From an uncultured delta proteobacterium (lineage in GTDB: Bacteria > Myxococcota_A > Polyangia > Fen-1088): a stretch of DNA of 64,000 nucleotides. Under the pieces are notes generated by a model, which saw only the letters and a list, made by a program, of their open reading frames with translations, was not told where the DNA came from and made no database searches. Made by a program: the position numbers and the translations under genes. Shown piece by piece: positions 1 through 13,682 of this stretch (its first letter is position 1; the number at the start of each line of letters is the position of its first letter). The stretch lies in assembly GCA_963796685.1 (NCBI GenBank), contig CAWCMR010000013.1:64001-128000 (forward strand), in the 5' to 3' direction.

Positions 1-491
1 CCGAGGCGGTCCTCGAACGCGAGGTGGAGATGATTCACCTCAACATCCGGGCGCTGCTCCAGTTGACCCATCTCTTCTTGCCCGAGATGCTGGCGCGAAA
101 GAGTGGCCGCATCTTGAACGTGGCCTCGGTGGCCGGGTTCGTGCCAGGCCCGTACATGGCCACTTACTACGCCAGCAAGGCCTTCGTGCTCAGCTTCACC
201 GAGGCGTTGTCCCATGAGCTCGGCGGAACCGGCGTCACCATCACGGCCTCTTGCCCTGGCCCGACCGCGACGGAATTCTCCGCCGTGGCCGGGAGCAACA
301 AGGCCAAGCTCTCCCGGCTTGGCGTCGCAGACGCCGCGCCCGTGGCCTTGCACGCCTACCGCGCCATGATGGCGGGCAAGGTGGTGGCCATCCCCGGCCT
401 CATGAACAAGCTGATCGCACAATCCACCCGCCTCGCCCCGCGCGCGTGGCTGCGCGCCATGGTCGGTGGCATCAACCGCAAGCGCGCTTGA
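1..491 (+). CDS. Short-chain dehydrogenase/reductase (SDR), 5' end outside window
   Basis: NVASVAG and catalytic YYASK (YxxxK) motifs, CPGPTATEF; N-terminal Gly-rich NAD(P) motif not in window. Confidence 0.9.
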   Translation, partial: EAVLEREVEMIHLNIRALLQLTHLFLPEMLARKSGRILNVASVAGFVPGPYMATYYASKAFVLSFTEALSHELGGTGVTITASCPGPTATEFSAVAGSNKAKLSRLGVADAAPVALHAYRAMMAGKVVAIPGLMNKLIAQSTRLAPRAWLRAMVGGINRKRA

Positions 492-537
492 CCCTCGGTA
501 GATCCTCGGCAACGCTACGGCGGGTTGGGTAGGGGCG

Positions 538-702
538 GGTGGTTTCGTCGTCGAGTGCCCCGTGATTCCAGGCTGCATCAGTCAAGGTGACACGCGGGAC
601 GAGGCCCTGGCCAACATCCGCGAGGCCATGTGCCTGGAAAACCTGGCAGTCGAAGGCTGGACGCTGCCTGGCGAAATCGAGATCACGAAGGTTGCGGTCT
701 AG
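538..702 (+). pseudogene. HicB-family antitoxin remnant (no start codon)
   Basis: Hand translation GGFVVECPVIPGCISQGDTRDEALANIREAM...KVAV* matches the HicB N-terminal signature; in-frame stop at 499-501 and no start codon after it; not in ORF track. Confidence 0.7.
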
Positions 703-885
703 CAGCCGAGCGCAGCCATGAACACGCTGACCTCGATCTCGGCGGTACGCAGAATCACATGGTGCCGGCTGCCGCTTGCTCGCTGGCGACGGGCTCGCCG
801 CGCGGCTCACCGGCTTCTGTCCAACTTGCCGACAGTGCGCTGTGTAGAATAGCCACCTGTCGCGCGCTGGGCGCTACACTTGGAA

Positions 886-974
886 CATGCTGGGAAGGCG
901 AGATCCAACGTCGCATCCAATATGTCGACGCTGGCCGAGTCGCGACCATTCCGGCTGACGAGGTCTTCGCTTGA
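886..974 (+). pseudogene. Addiction-module antitoxin component C-terminal remnant
   Basis: WEGEIQRRIQYVDAGRVATIPADEVFA* resembles the W-x2-EI-x-RR...G....IP..EVF tail of TIGR02574-type components; upstream part looks degenerate. Confidence 0.5.
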
Positions 975-1020
975 CCGTTCAACGCCTATGCCCGCTCTGT
1001 CTTTCTCCGTGCTCTCTCCT

Positions 1021-2277
<1,257 letters not shown>

Positions 2278-2468
2278 GGTGCCGGAGTCTAGCAGAAAGA
2301 GGTGCGTAGCAGTCCGTATTGAAGGGTGGGAATACGCATTACGACGCCTTTGTCCTCTACGGTATCGCCTCCTTCAAAGGGGAGTGCTAAGGTACGAATA
2401 CGGTGGGCTGCGGCCCGCCGAGCGGCGTGATGGACGTCGCCGGCAGCATCGAAGCGACAGGAGATCCC

Positions 2469-2984
2469 ATGACCATCGAAGAATCGATCAAGACCGCCAT
2501 TGTCTACGAGAAGAAGGTTCAGGCGACCTATGCGGCCGCGGCCAAGCGGGCCGAGGATGCGACGGCGAAGAAGGTATTTCAGACCCTTGCCGAGGAAGAG
2601 CAGGGGCATGTCACCTACCTCGAGAGCCGGCTCATGGAATGGCAGAAGGAAGGGCGTCTGTCTGACGAGAAATTGCGCACGGTCCTGCCCTCCAGCGAGC
2701 GGATCACGGCCGGCGTCAAACGCCTCCGGTCCCAGGTGGCTCAGCGCAAGGGAAGTCATGTGGCAGAGCTAGACTCTCTGCGGCAAGCGTTGGCCGCGGA
2801 GGATGAGACCTCGACCTTCTATCAAAAGATGGTGGCGGAGCTACCAGCGGAGGGGCAGAGTCTCTTTTCGCGTTTCCTGGAGATCGAGGATGGGCACGCG
2901 GCCATCGTGCAGGCCGAAATGGACAGCGTGACCCAGAGCGGTTTCTGGTTCGATCTGAGGGAATTCGATTTGGAATTGGGCTGA
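2469..2984 (+). CDS. Ferritin-like/rubrerythrin family protein
   Basis: Two E...ExxH di-iron repeats (YEKK...EEQGH; AEDET...IEDGH); CAGGAG RBS before ATG 2469. Confidence 0.85.
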   Translation: MTIEESIKTAIVYEKKVQATYAAAAKRAEDATAKKVFQTLAEEEQGHVTYLESRLMEWQKEGRLSDEKLRTVLPSSERITAGVKRLRSQVAQRKGSHVAELDSLRQALAAEDETSTFYQKMVAELPAEGQSLFSRFLEIEDGHAAIVQAEMDSVTQSGFWFDLREFDLELG

Positions 2985-3209
2985 CAGCCGGATTGGCCGC
3001 CCCCTTGCCACGCACCGGTGCGGCGTGTGTGCCACCCACCGAGTGCGTGTATCGGAAAAGTAGTATTGAAAGTCTGAATTCAACCGTTCGCGCCATGCAC
3101 CTGGCTGCTCAAAATATGAATACCGGATGTGAGAAATTTCACAACGAGTATCGATTCCGTGTTAGAAATAGGTGTTGGTCGATGTTGACCAGAAAGACGA
3201 GAAAAAGTC

Positions 3210-3662
3210 ATGTCAGCAGTTCTGCAGCAGTCCGATTATGCGATTCGTTGTCTCCTCTTTCTCGTCGAGCATCGTGGTCGCCTCGCCACCAAGTCCGAAA
3301 TCGCCAAGGCGGTGGACGCGCCGGATCTGTTCGTCGCCAAGATTCTCCAGCGCTTGGTCAAGGCCAGCGTTCTGGTTTCGGTGCGTGGGATCCACGGCGG
3401 GTTCTCGCTGGCCCGCGAGCCTTCCGCGATCTCTCTGCTCGACGTGCTGGGCGCTTCCCAGGCATCGCTCGCCTTCAGACCGTGCGTGCTCAATCCCAAG
3501 GCGTGTCCCCTGCAAGACACCTGTCCGTCGCGTCCCGTGTGGGTGAAGATCTACGAAAGCACGGTTCGGGATCTGCGCCAGTCGACCTTCGACAAGCTGT
3601 CCCGCGAGCACAAGAACAAACAGCGAGCTTGCGAGCGCCGCCTGGCGGCGCGGCGGGTGTGA
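3210..3662 (+). CDS. Rrf2-family transcriptional regulator, probably Fe-S binding
   Basis: SDYAIR, KILQRLVKA, SVRGIHGGFSLAR; C-terminal C-x6-C-x5-C. Confidence 0.92.
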   Translation: MSAVLQQSDYAIRCLLFLVEHRGRLATKSEIAKAVDAPDLFVAKILQRLVKASVLVSVRGIHGGFSLAREPSAISLLDVLGASQASLAFRPCVLNPKACPLQDTCPSRPVWVKIYESTVRDLRQSTFDKLSREHKNKQRACERRLAARRV

Positions 3663-3786
3663 GCGCTTTCCGGACCGCCTGAACGGTCCACGATCCGCGA
3701 GGTTGTTCCCAAAAGATCCTCGACAAGTCTTTTTTTGGTAAGTAGCATCCACTTATCAAAAGACGACTCGATCGGGAGGATTTTCC

Positions 3787-5076
3787 ATGCCAAACGCCGC
3801 GGAGCTGAAGATCAACGGGAAGACCTTGGAATTGCCGATTGTGGTGGGGTCGGAGGGGGAAAAGGCGATCGATATTCGCCAACTGCGGGCGCAGACCGGC
3901 TATGTGACCCTCGATCAGGGGTTCATGAACACCGGCGCGGTGACCAGCAACATCGCCTTCATCGATGGCGACGCCGGGGTGCTGCGCTACCGAGGCATCC
4001 CCATCGAGGTCCTGGCCGAGAAATCGACCTTCGTCGAGGTCGCCTACCTGCTCATCTACGGCAGGCTGCCGACGTCCGACGAGCTTGGCCGATTTTCGTC
4101 ACTCCTGACCCTGAATTCGGCTTTGCACGAGGATATGCGTCATTTCTTCGACCGCTATCCCACCACGGCGCACCCGATGGCCATCCTGTCGGCCATGGTG
4201 TGCTCGCTGTCGAGCTTCTATCCCGGCGCGCTCAAGGTGAACGATTCGGAGCAGAACGAGGCGACCATCACGAACCTGCTCGCCAAGATGCGCACCATCG
4301 CCGCCTACTCGTACAAGAAATCGGTGGGCGAGCCGTTCGTGTATCCGCAGGACCATCTCAGCTACTGCGCGAACTTCCTCAACATGATGTTCTCCGTCCC
4401 CTCGCGACCCTACGAGATCGACCCGGACATCGTCAAAGCCCTCAACCAAATCCTCATCCTCCATGCGGATCACGAACAGAATTGCAGCACCTCGACGGTG
4501 CGCCTGGTGGGCAGCTCGCAAGCCAATGTGTTCGCCACGGTGTCGGCCGGTATTTGCGCCCTGTGGGGACCCCTGCACGGCGGCGCCAACGAGAGCGTGC
4601 TCGACATGCTGGGCGAGATCCACCGCGATGGCGGCGGCCCGCAGAAGTTCATCGAGCTGGCCAAGAAGAAGGACTCGGGCTTCAAGCTGATGGGCTTCGG
4701 GCACCGCGTATACAAGAACTACGACCCGCGCGCCAAGATCATCAAGGCTGCTTGCGACAAGGTGCTGACCAAGCTCAAGATCAAGGATCCCTTGCTGGAC
4801 ATCGCCCGCACCATGGAGGAGGCGGCGTTGAAGGATCCCTATTTCGTCGAGCGGAAGCTCTATCCCAACGTGGATTTCTACAGCGGCATCGTCTACCGCG
4901 CCCTGCGCATCCCGACCAACATGTTCACGGTCATGTTCGCCATCGGCCGTCTGCCGGGATGGCTGGCCCACTGGAAGGAGATGCACGAGGATCCGGCGAC
5001 CAAGATCGGCAGGCCGCGGCAGATCTACACCGGGCCCGTCAACGCGACCTATGTACCCATCGAACAGCGTCGCTAG
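3787..5076 (+). CDS. gltA: Citrate synthase
   Basis: [41 protein letters not shown]. Confidence 0.97.
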   Translation: MPNAAELKINGKTLELPIVVGSEGEKAIDIRQLRAQTGYVTLDQGFMNTGAVTSNIAFIDGDAGVLRYRGIPIEVLAEKSTFVEVAYLLIYGRLPTSDELGRFSSLLTLNSALHEDMRHFFDRYPTTAHPMAILSAMVCSLSSFYPGALKVNDSEQNEATITNLLAKMRTIAAYSYKKSVGEPFVYPQDHLSYCANFLNMMFSVPSRPYEIDPDIVKALNQILILHADHEQNCSTSTVRLVGSSQANVFATVSAGICALWGPLHGGANESVLDMLGEIHRDGGGPQKFIELAKKKDSGFKLMGFGHRVYKNYDPRAKIIKAACDKVLTKLKIKDPLLDIARTMEEAALKDPYFVERKLYPNVDFYSGIVYRALRIPTNMFTVMFAIGRLPGWLAHWKEMHEDPATKIGRPRQIYTGPVNATYVPIEQRR

Positions 5077-5087
5077 AGAGAGACACG

Positions 5088-6272
5088 ATGAAGATTCACG
5101 AGTACCAAGCCAAGGCACTGCTTTCGAAGCTCGGGCTGCCCGTCCCCATGGGCATACCCGTGTTGGACCTGGGGGGCGTGACGGCCGCGGCCGAGAAGAT
5201 CATCCAGGCCACCCAGAACGAAACCGTGGTGGTCAAGGCCCAGATCCACGCCGGCGGTCGAGGCAAGGGAGGCGGCGTGAAGGTGGTCAAGGGTGCGGCG
5301 GCGGCCCAGGAGGCGGGAGCGAAGATCTTCGGTCGGCCGCTCGTCACCCATCAAACGGGGCCCGAGGGGCGCATCGTGAAACGCCTGCTCGTCGAGCAGG
5401 GCATGGCCATCGCTCGCGAGCTGTACGCCTCGGTGCTGCTCGATCGCGGGTGCAGCCGGGTCGTGGTCATGGTCTCGGCCGCGGGCGGCATGGACATCGA
5501 GGAGGTCGCGGCCAAGTCTCCCGAGAGCATCCTCATGGAGCACGTGGATCCGACGGTCGGCCTAGCGGCCTACCAGGCGCGCAACCTGGCCTATGCCCTG
5601 GGGCTCAAGGATCAAGTGGCCAAGAACGCCACCGCATTTTTCCTCAAGCTCTACGGGGCGTTCATGAGCCTGGACGCCTCGCTGGTCGAGATCAACCCCC
5701 TGGTGGTCACGGCGGACCAGAAGGTGCTGGCGCTGGATTGCAAGATGACCTTCGACGACAACGCCCTCGAGAAGCACAAGGACGTGGCGGAGATGCGCGA
5801 CCCCGACGAGGAGGATCCGACGGAGAGCGAGGCGCGCAAATTCGATCTCAACTTCATCAAGCTGGATGGCAGCATCGGCTGCATGGTCAATGGGGCAGGG
5901 CTGGCCATGGCCACCATGGACATCATCAAGTACTTCGGTTCCAGCCCGGCGAATTTCCTCGACGTGGGGGGCGGCGCCACCCAAGAGAAGGTCACCGCGG
6001 CCTTCAAGATCCTGACCTCCGATCCGTCGGTGAAGGGGATCTTCGTCAACATTTTCGGCGGCATCATGAAGTGCGACGTCATCGCGGGCGGCGTCATCGC
6101 GGCGGTCGCCGAGATCGGCCTGCGCGTACCCCTGGTGGTTCGGTTGGCCGGCACCAACGTCGAGATAGGAACCAAGCTGCTTGCGGAGTCCGGCCTGCCC
6201 ATCACCACGGCGACCGACATGGCCGACGGCGCGCGCAAAGTGGTTGAGCTGGTTTCCGGGAGAAAGAACTAA
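5088..6272 (+). CDS. sucC: Succinyl-CoA synthetase beta subunit
   Basis: MKIHEYQAK start, [36 protein letters not shown]. Confidence 0.97.
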   Translation: MKIHEYQAKALLSKLGLPVPMGIPVLDLGGVTAAAEKIIQATQNETVVVKAQIHAGGRGKGGGVKVVKGAAAAQEAGAKIFGRPLVTHQTGPEGRIVKRLLVEQGMAIARELYASVLLDRGCSRVVVMVSAAGGMDIEEVAAKSPESILMEHVDPTVGLAAYQARNLAYALGLKDQVAKNATAFFLKLYGAFMSLDASLVEINPLVVTADQKVLALDCKMTFDDNALEKHKDVAEMRDPDEEDPTESEARKFDLNFIKLDGSIGCMVNGAGLAMATMDIIKYFGSSPANFLDVGGGATQEKVTAAFKILTSDPSVKGIFVNIFGGIMKCDVIAGGVIAAVAEIGLRVPLVVRLAGTNVEIGTKLLAESGLPITTATDMADGARKVVELVSGRKN

Positions 6273-6274
6273 CC

Positions 6275-7145
6275 ATGGCGATCTTAGCCAACAGCAAGAC
6301 CCGCGTGGTCGTCCAGGGATTGACCGGCGCGGCGGGAAGCTTTCACGCCAAGCAGATGCGCGACTACGGGACCGCGATGGTCGGTGGCGTGACGCCCGGC
6401 AAGGGCGGCACCGTCCACGAAGGCTTTCCCATCTACGACACCGTCGCCCAGGCGGTGAAGGCAACCGGCGCCAACGCCAGCGTGATCTTCGTGCCGCCCT
6501 TCGGCTCGGCCGACGCCATCTTGGAGGCTGCAGGGGCCGGCATCGAGCTGCATCGTGTGCATCACCGAGGGCATTCCGGTGCTCGATATGGTGCGCGCCA
6601 AGCGGGCGCTGGAAGGCAAGCCCTGCCGTCTCGTGGGGCCGAACTGTCCGGGGGTGATCACGCCGGGCGCGGCCAAGCTCGGCATCATGCCCGGCTACAT
6701 TCACAAGCCAGGTTCGGTCGGCATCGTCTCGCGCTCCGGCACACTGACCTACGAGGCCGCCTTCCAACTGACCGAGCTTGGACTTGGCCAGAGCACCGCG
6801 GTCGGTATCGGCGGCGACCCGGTCAAGGGGCTAGATTTCATCGAATGCCTGACCCTGTTCGAGGCGGATCCCGAGACCAAGGCCATTCTCCTCATTGGCG
6901 AGATTGGCGGGACGTCGGAGGAAGATGCCGCGGCCTTCATCAAGGCCAACGTGAAGAAGCCCGTCGCTGCCTTCGTGGCCGGCCTGACCGCGCCCCCCGG
7001 CCGGCGCATGGGTCACGCCGGCGCCATCATCAGCGGCGGCAAAGGCAAAGCCTCCGACAAGATCGCCGCTCTGCAGGACGCCGGCATCGCCATTTCCCCC
7101 ACGCCGGCCGATCTGGGCAAGACCCTCGCCAAGGCGATGCGCTAG
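6275..7145 (+). CDS. sucD: Succinyl-CoA synthetase alpha subunit, +1 frameshift near 6551 (sequencing error or pseudogene)
   Basis: Frame 1 gives [15 protein letters not shown]...GIEL; the next frame continues IVCITEGIP...GPNCPG...MGHAGA; one extra C in GAGCTGCATCGTG. Confidence 0.93.
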
Positions 7146-7316
7146 CCGCGAGCAGGACTTCTGCTATGGAGCCCGGTCGTACGGGCAGGGGGGCCGTAAA
7201 GCGACGCGCGGTGCTGCGCATAGCCGAGAGCCACGCCCGTGTCCACTTCGCGACGCAGCTTCAGCTACGACTTGAAGATGGAGCCGCCGACGAGCAAGGT
7301 CCGCTCCTCTCCGGTA

Positions 7317-7922
7317 CTACCGCGTGGCGCGGTCCGGCCGGAAGTCGCCCAGCATCGCTTCCATCGCCGACCAGATGTGCGAGACGTCGTTGGCGTAGAT
7401 GAGGAGATCGCGGCGCTTGCCGTGGATGTCGGTAACGTGGCCGGGAAGCTCGGCCTCTTTGTGAAAGCCCAGCTTTTCGAAGGTGCGTTTGGCGGCCACT
7501 TGGCTGTCGACCATGTGGGCGACGATCTTGTCGATGCCTGAGTCGATGGCGCGCTTGACGATGTGCCTGGCCAGCTCCAGGCCCAGGCCCTGCCCGCGAA
7601 TGGCGCGGTCGACATTGAGTCGGATCTCCCCGACGTGGCGGCTCCAGCCGTGGAAGGTCCGGTGCAGGGTCGCCTCGCCGCGAATGTCGCCACCCACCTT
7701 GCCCACGACGCTGATGGCTTCGCCGCTCGACAGCTTGAGCAGAAAGCGGTCGAGCCAGTCCGCCGTGGTGACGTCTTCCTTGAGCACCAAGCGATCTTCC
7801 TCGGGCATGGCCCGGTAGAAGCTCAACAGCGCGGGGCCGTCACTGGCGGTGGCCAGCGACAGGGTGGCGCCTTTGCCGTTCTTCAAGTGTGCGATACAGG
7901 GAAGATCCAATGCGTCCATCAC
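7317..7922 (-). CDS. GNAT-family N-acetyltransferase
   Basis: RGQGLG acetyl-CoA motif, FEKLGF; lies 18 bp after korC. Confidence 0.88.
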   Translation of the reverse strand: MMDALDLPCIAHLKNGKGATLSLATASDGPALLSFYRAMPEEDRLVLKEDVTTADWLDRFLLKLSSGEAISVVGKVGGDIRGEATLHRTFHGWSRHVGEIRLNVDRAIRGQGLGLELARHIVKRAIDSGIDKIVAHMVDSQVAAKRTFEKLGFHKEAELPGHVTDIHGKRRDLLIYANDVSHIWSAMEAMLGDFRPDRATR

Positions 7923-7940
7923 GCCCTCCTTCCGGGGGTC

Positions 7941-8489
7941 CTACGCCAGCCGCGAAATACCGAACTCGTAACCCTTACCGAGGGCGCGCAGATTGAGACT
8001 CTCGGTGCCCTTGGGGACCGAATCGAGCACGGCCTTCTCGACCGACTCGTAGGACAGGAGCCCGGAGGCGCCGGCGAAGAATCCCACCATCACGATGTTG
8101 AGCACGAGTCGACGACCGAGCTCCTCGGCGAAGCGGGTCGCCGGAATGCCCAGCGTGCGCGCCTGCGCGGGCAGGTTGCCGTTGGTGTGGACCAGCTCTT
8201 CCTCGAAGAGAACCAAGCCGCCTGGTTTGAGCTGGGGCGCGAACTGCGTGCACGCATCCTGCGACATCAAAACCAAAATGTCAGGGTGGCGAACGTACGG
8301 GTACCCGATGGCCTCGTCGGAAACGATAACCTGTGCGCTGCACGCGCTGCCGCGGGCCTCGGGCCCGAAGGCCTGAATCATGGCCGCGTGCTTGCCGGCG
8401 TAGATCGATGCTGCCTTGCCGATGATCGAGCCGCACAGGATGATGCCCTGGCCCCCGAGACCACCGACGCGAATTTCGGTTCTGGTCAC
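7941..8489 (-). CDS. korC: 2-oxoacid:ferredoxin oxidoreductase gamma subunit
   Basis: GLGGQG, FGPEARG, NIVMVG. Confidence 0.9.
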   Translation of the reverse strand: MTRTEIRVGGLGGQGIILCGSIIGKAASIYAGKHAAMIQAFGPEARGSACSAQVIVSDEAIGYPYVRHPDILVLMSQDACTQFAPQLKPGGLVLFEEELVHTNGNLPAQARTLGIPATRFAEELGRRLVLNIVMVGFFAGASGLLSYESVEKAVLDSVPKGTESLNLRALGKGYEFGISRLA

Positions 8490-8490
8490 A

Positions 8491-9378
8491 TTAACCTCCG
8501 TACGTCGTGTACTTGCTGCCGAGGGTTTGGGTGAAGTGGTCGTTCATGGCATCCAGCCAGGTCGGCCGCTCGCGGTCGACGAATTTGCCGACGACGATCT
8601 TGCCGTCGAAGGTCAACCCGACCTCTTTGGTGTCCGCACCGTGCTTCACGATGCTGTTTTGCTTGTAGTTCTTGAGCTCGTCGATGCCGTCGCCGCGCTT
8701 GTTGCGGCGCGAGTACAGGGTGGGGCAGGGCGAGAGCGCTTCGATGAAGACGAAACCCTTCTTCTTGAGCCCCTCGTGCATGGCCTTGGCCAACTGGCGC
8801 ACGTGGAAGACCGTCCAGCGCGCGACGTAGACCGCGCCGCAGGCGTCGGCCAGGAAGGGCAGGTTCAAGGGCTGCTCGAAGTTGCCGAAGGGCATGGTGG
8901 TTTGTTTGGCACCGGTCGGCGTCGTGGGCGCGACCTGTCCGCCGGTCATGCCGTAGGTGAAGTTGTTCACGCACACGACCATCAAATCCATGTTCCGCCG
9001 TGCCGCGTGCATGAAGTGGTTGCCGCCGATGGCGGTCAGATCGCCGTCGCCCGAATACACCACGACCTTCAGCTTGGGGTTGGCGAGCTTGAGCCCGGTG
9101 GCGAAGGGGATCGCTCGCCCGTGCGTCGTGTGAAACGAGTCCAGATTCATGTAGCCGGCCACGCGGCCGGTGCAGCCGATGCCGGACACCACGGCGATCT
9201 GGTCGAGATCCATGCCCGACTCGGTGAGCGCGCGGGTGAAGCAGTTGACGGTGGTGCCGATGCCACAGCTCGGGCACCAGATGTGCGGGATGCGCTCCTG
9301 GCGAAGGAATGGCATCACGGGATTGACGGAGTCGATGTCGCGCAAGAGCGTCGGTGCCGTGTTGGGTAGGATGGTCAT
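8491..9378 (-). CDS. korB: 2-oxoacid:ferredoxin oxidoreductase beta (TPP-binding) subunit
   Basis: WCPSCG, SGIGC, HGRAIP, GDGD...NN TPP motif, YGMTGGQ; ATGA overlap with alpha stop. Confidence 0.92.
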   Translation of the reverse strand: MTILPNTAPTLLRDIDSVNPVMPFLRQERIPHIWCPSCGIGTTVNCFTRALTESGMDLDQIAVVSGIGCTGRVAGYMNLDSFHTTHGRAIPFATGLKLANPKLKVVVYSGDGDLTAIGGNHFMHAARRNMDLMVVCVNNFTYGMTGGQVAPTTPTGAKQTTMPFGNFEQPLNLPFLADACGAVYVARWTVFHVRQLAKAMHEGLKKKGFVFIEALSPCPTLYSRRNKRGDGIDELKNYKQNSIVKHGADTKEVGLTFDGKIVVGKFVDRERPTWLDAMNDHFTQTLGSKYTTYGG

Positions 9379-10865
9379 GATGCTGCCTCGATGATCTTCT
9401 TGAGAATGGCCTCGGGTTCGTGCACCGAACCGCCGGCGTGGGGAATGCTGACGACCTTGGTCCCGGGCTCGACCGCGCGCTGCAGCTCGATGACCATTTG
9501 GCCCATGTTGAGCTCGGGCATGATGAAGACCTTGGCCTGACCGCACAGCTCGTGAATGCGCGCGGCCGGGAACGGCCAGACGATACGAAGACGCAGGTGG
9601 CCGACCTTGAGCCCGCGCTGGCGCGCATCGTCGACCGCGCTCTTGGCGATGCGCGAGGTGATGCCGTAGGAAACGACGATGATGTCGGCATCGTCGATGT
9701 AGTCCTCCTGGATATCGACGAGATCGGCGGCGTGGTTTCGGATCTTGCCGATCAGACGTCGCACCAGCTTGTCCTGGGTGGCGCTGTTGAGGGACGGATA
9801 GCCGCGCTCGTCGTGGGTCAAGCCGGTGACGTGAATGCGGTAGCCCTCGCCGGCCTTGGTCATCTCGGGCACGAGATCGTCGGCCGTGGTCGCGTAGGCG
9901 CGGTACTCCGCCTTGGACTTGGTGGTGAACTTGCGCGGGACGACTTGGAGGGTGTCCGCCGCGGGGATCTCGACCCTCTCGACCATGTGCCCGACCACCT
10001 CGTCCATCATGAACATGACGGGGCAGCGGTAGAGCTCGGACAGGTTGAAGGCCTTGATCATGAGGTCGAAGCACTCCTGCGGCGAATTGGGAACCAGCGC
10101 GATGATCTCGTTGTCGCCATGGCTGCCCCAACGGGCCTGCATCATGTCGCTTTGCGCGGGCAGGGTGGGCAGACCGGTGGACGGTCCGCCGCGCTGAACG
10201 TCGACCCACACGCCTGGCGTCTCGGTCATCACGGCCAGGCCGATGTGCTCCATCATCAGGGAGAAGCCCGGTCCGCTGGTCACGCTGAGGGTCTTCTTGC
10301 CGCCCCAGGCGGCGCCTTGTACCGCGATGCTGGAAGCCAGCTCGTCTTCCATCTGGATGAAGACGCCGCCGACCATCGGGATGCGGCTGGCGAAGCGTTC
10401 GACGATTTCCGTGGACGGCGTGATGGGATACCCGGCGATGAAGCGGCATCCGGCGGCGATGGCGCCCTCGCACGCGCCGTGATTGCCATCGACGAAGTGG
10501 ATGCCGGTCAGCACGCCCTTGGGATCGGCCGAAACAGGAGTCTGACTACCCGCTTTATGCGCGGATGGCGGCGGCGTCGCGGGGACCGACAGGGGCAACC
10601 CCTTGGTCTTGCGCTCGTCGATGTCTTTCCAGCGCTCGCCGTAGATGGCGAAGTCCGGGCAGTAAAGCCCGCACAGGTCGCAACCCGTGCAAGCCTCGGG
10701 CGCGCTGAGAATCGGAAAGTGATATCCCTTGGGGTTGAATTCCTTGGAGAAGGTCAGACAGTCCGTGGGGCAGAAATCGATGCAGAAGGAACACCCTTTG
10801 CAGATTTCCGTCCGGACGAAGACCGTGCCCTTGCCCGTTCGCTGTTCGTTGATGGCGTCACTCAT
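9375..10865 (-). CDS. korA: 2-oxoacid:ferredoxin oxidoreductase alpha subunit with fused N-terminal 2x[4Fe-4S] ferredoxin (delta) domain
   Basis: CKGCSFCIDFCP and CTGCDLCGLYCP, Pro-rich linker, then GYPITP, QMEDE, TSGPGFSLM, QRGGPSTG. Confidence 0.92.
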   Translation of the reverse strand: MSDAINEQRTGKGTVFVRTEICKGCSFCIDFCPTDCLTFSKEFNPKGYHFPILSAPEACTGCDLCGLYCPDFAIYGERWKDIDERKTKGLPLSVPATPPPSAHKAGSQTPVSADPKGVLTGIHFVDGNHGACEGAIAAGCRFIAGYPITPSTEIVERFASRIPMVGGVFIQMEDELASSIAVQGAAWGGKKTLSVTSGPGFSLMMEHIGLAVMTETPGVWVDVQRGGPSTGLPTLPAQSDMMQARWGSHGDNEIIALVPNSPQECFDLMIKAFNLSELYRCPVMFMMDEVVGHMVERVEIPAADTLQVVPRKFTTKSKAEYRAYATTADDLVPEMTKAGEGYRIHVTGLTHDERGYPSLNSATQDKLVRRLIGKIRNHAADLVDIQEDYIDDADIIVVSYGITSRIAKSAVDDARQRGLKVGHLRLRIVWPFPAARIHELCGQAKVFIMPELNMGQMVIELQRAVEPGTKVVSIPHAGGSVHEPEAILKKIIEAAS

Positions 10866-11097
10866 GGGACCCTTCTTTCAGGCAAATCTGAACGCAGTTC
10901 TTAGCACATTCGCATCCACTTCGCAGCAAAAGAGGACTATGTAGGTCGAAATTACATCTGGATGCGGTGTGGGCCGTGACGACGCGACTGGAAGACGACA
11001 GCGTGGGGAAGCGTCGGGCAAGGTAGGTGGGAAAACAAGACTCGCGGCTCGATATTTTGTGGTGACCGCACGCTTCCGCATGCTAAGAGAAACCGTC

Positions 11098-11763
11098 ATG
11101 GCAGCGTTTTGGTCCTTCCTTCGTTCCACGATCGGGCTGAAGGTGCAGATGGCGGTGTCGGGATTCATCCTCTTCGGATTCTGCGTCGAGCACCTGGTCG
11201 GCATGATGCTGTTCTTCAAGGGGCCGGGTACCATCAACGGGTACGGGAATCTGCTCCGCTATTCCCCGGCCGCCTTGTGGACGGCGCGAACGGTGATCCT
11301 CGTCGCCGTGATCGTCCACATCTGGACCGCGACGGTCCTGGTTCTGCGCCAGTGGGCCGCGCGGCCAGTGGGCTATCAGCAGAAACACGCGCGGACGCAC
11401 GCCTACGCCGCACGCACCATGAAGTACTCCGGGCCTCTCGTGCTGGCGTTCGTCCTCTTTCATCTCGCCCATTTTACCTGGGGCATGAACGTGACCCCGG
11501 CGCCATACGTCGAAGGCGATGTCTACGCCAACATCGCAAACAGTTTTCAGTTCGGATGGGTCGTGCTCGTCTACGTGCTGGGAACGAGCTTGGTCGGGCT
11601 GCACTTGTTGCACGGCGGACACAGCATGTTCGAGTCGCTGGGCCTGCGGCATCCGCGCTTCGACGGCCTGATTCGCACCGTGGTGGGCGGCGCAACCCTG
11701 GTGCTGGTGGCGGGATTCGTGTTCCTTCCCTGCGCCATTTTCTTCAAGCTGGTGGGGGGCTAG
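11098..11763 (+). CDS. sdhC: Succinate dehydrogenase cytochrome b subunit
   Basis: STIGLK..MAVSG start, five hydrophobic helices with His ligands, HLLHG; precedes sdhA. Confidence 0.9.
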   Translation: MAAFWSFLRSTIGLKVQMAVSGFILFGFCVEHLVGMMLFFKGPGTINGYGNLLRYSPAALWTARTVILVAVIVHIWTATVLVLRQWAARPVGYQQKHARTHAYAARTMKYSGPLVLAFVLFHLAHFTWGMNVTPAPYVEGDVYANIANSFQFGWVVLVYVLGTSLVGLHLLHGGHSMFESLGLRHPRFDGLIRTVVGGATLVLVAGFVFLPCAIFFKLVGG

Positions 11764-11768
11764 ACGCC

Positions 11769-13678
<1,910 letters not shown>

Positions 13679-13682
<4 letters not shown>

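Noticed and set aside
3735-6272. 845-aa ORF suggesting a large SucC fusion
   Set aside because: N-terminal 451 aa are an off-frame read of gltA; SucC starts at 5088
6540-6560. Programmed frameshift in sucD
   Set aside because: No slippery heptamer or homopolymer at the site
8491-10473. 660-aa KorB with long N-terminal extension
   Set aside because: Extension is an alternative frame of korA; real start is 9378
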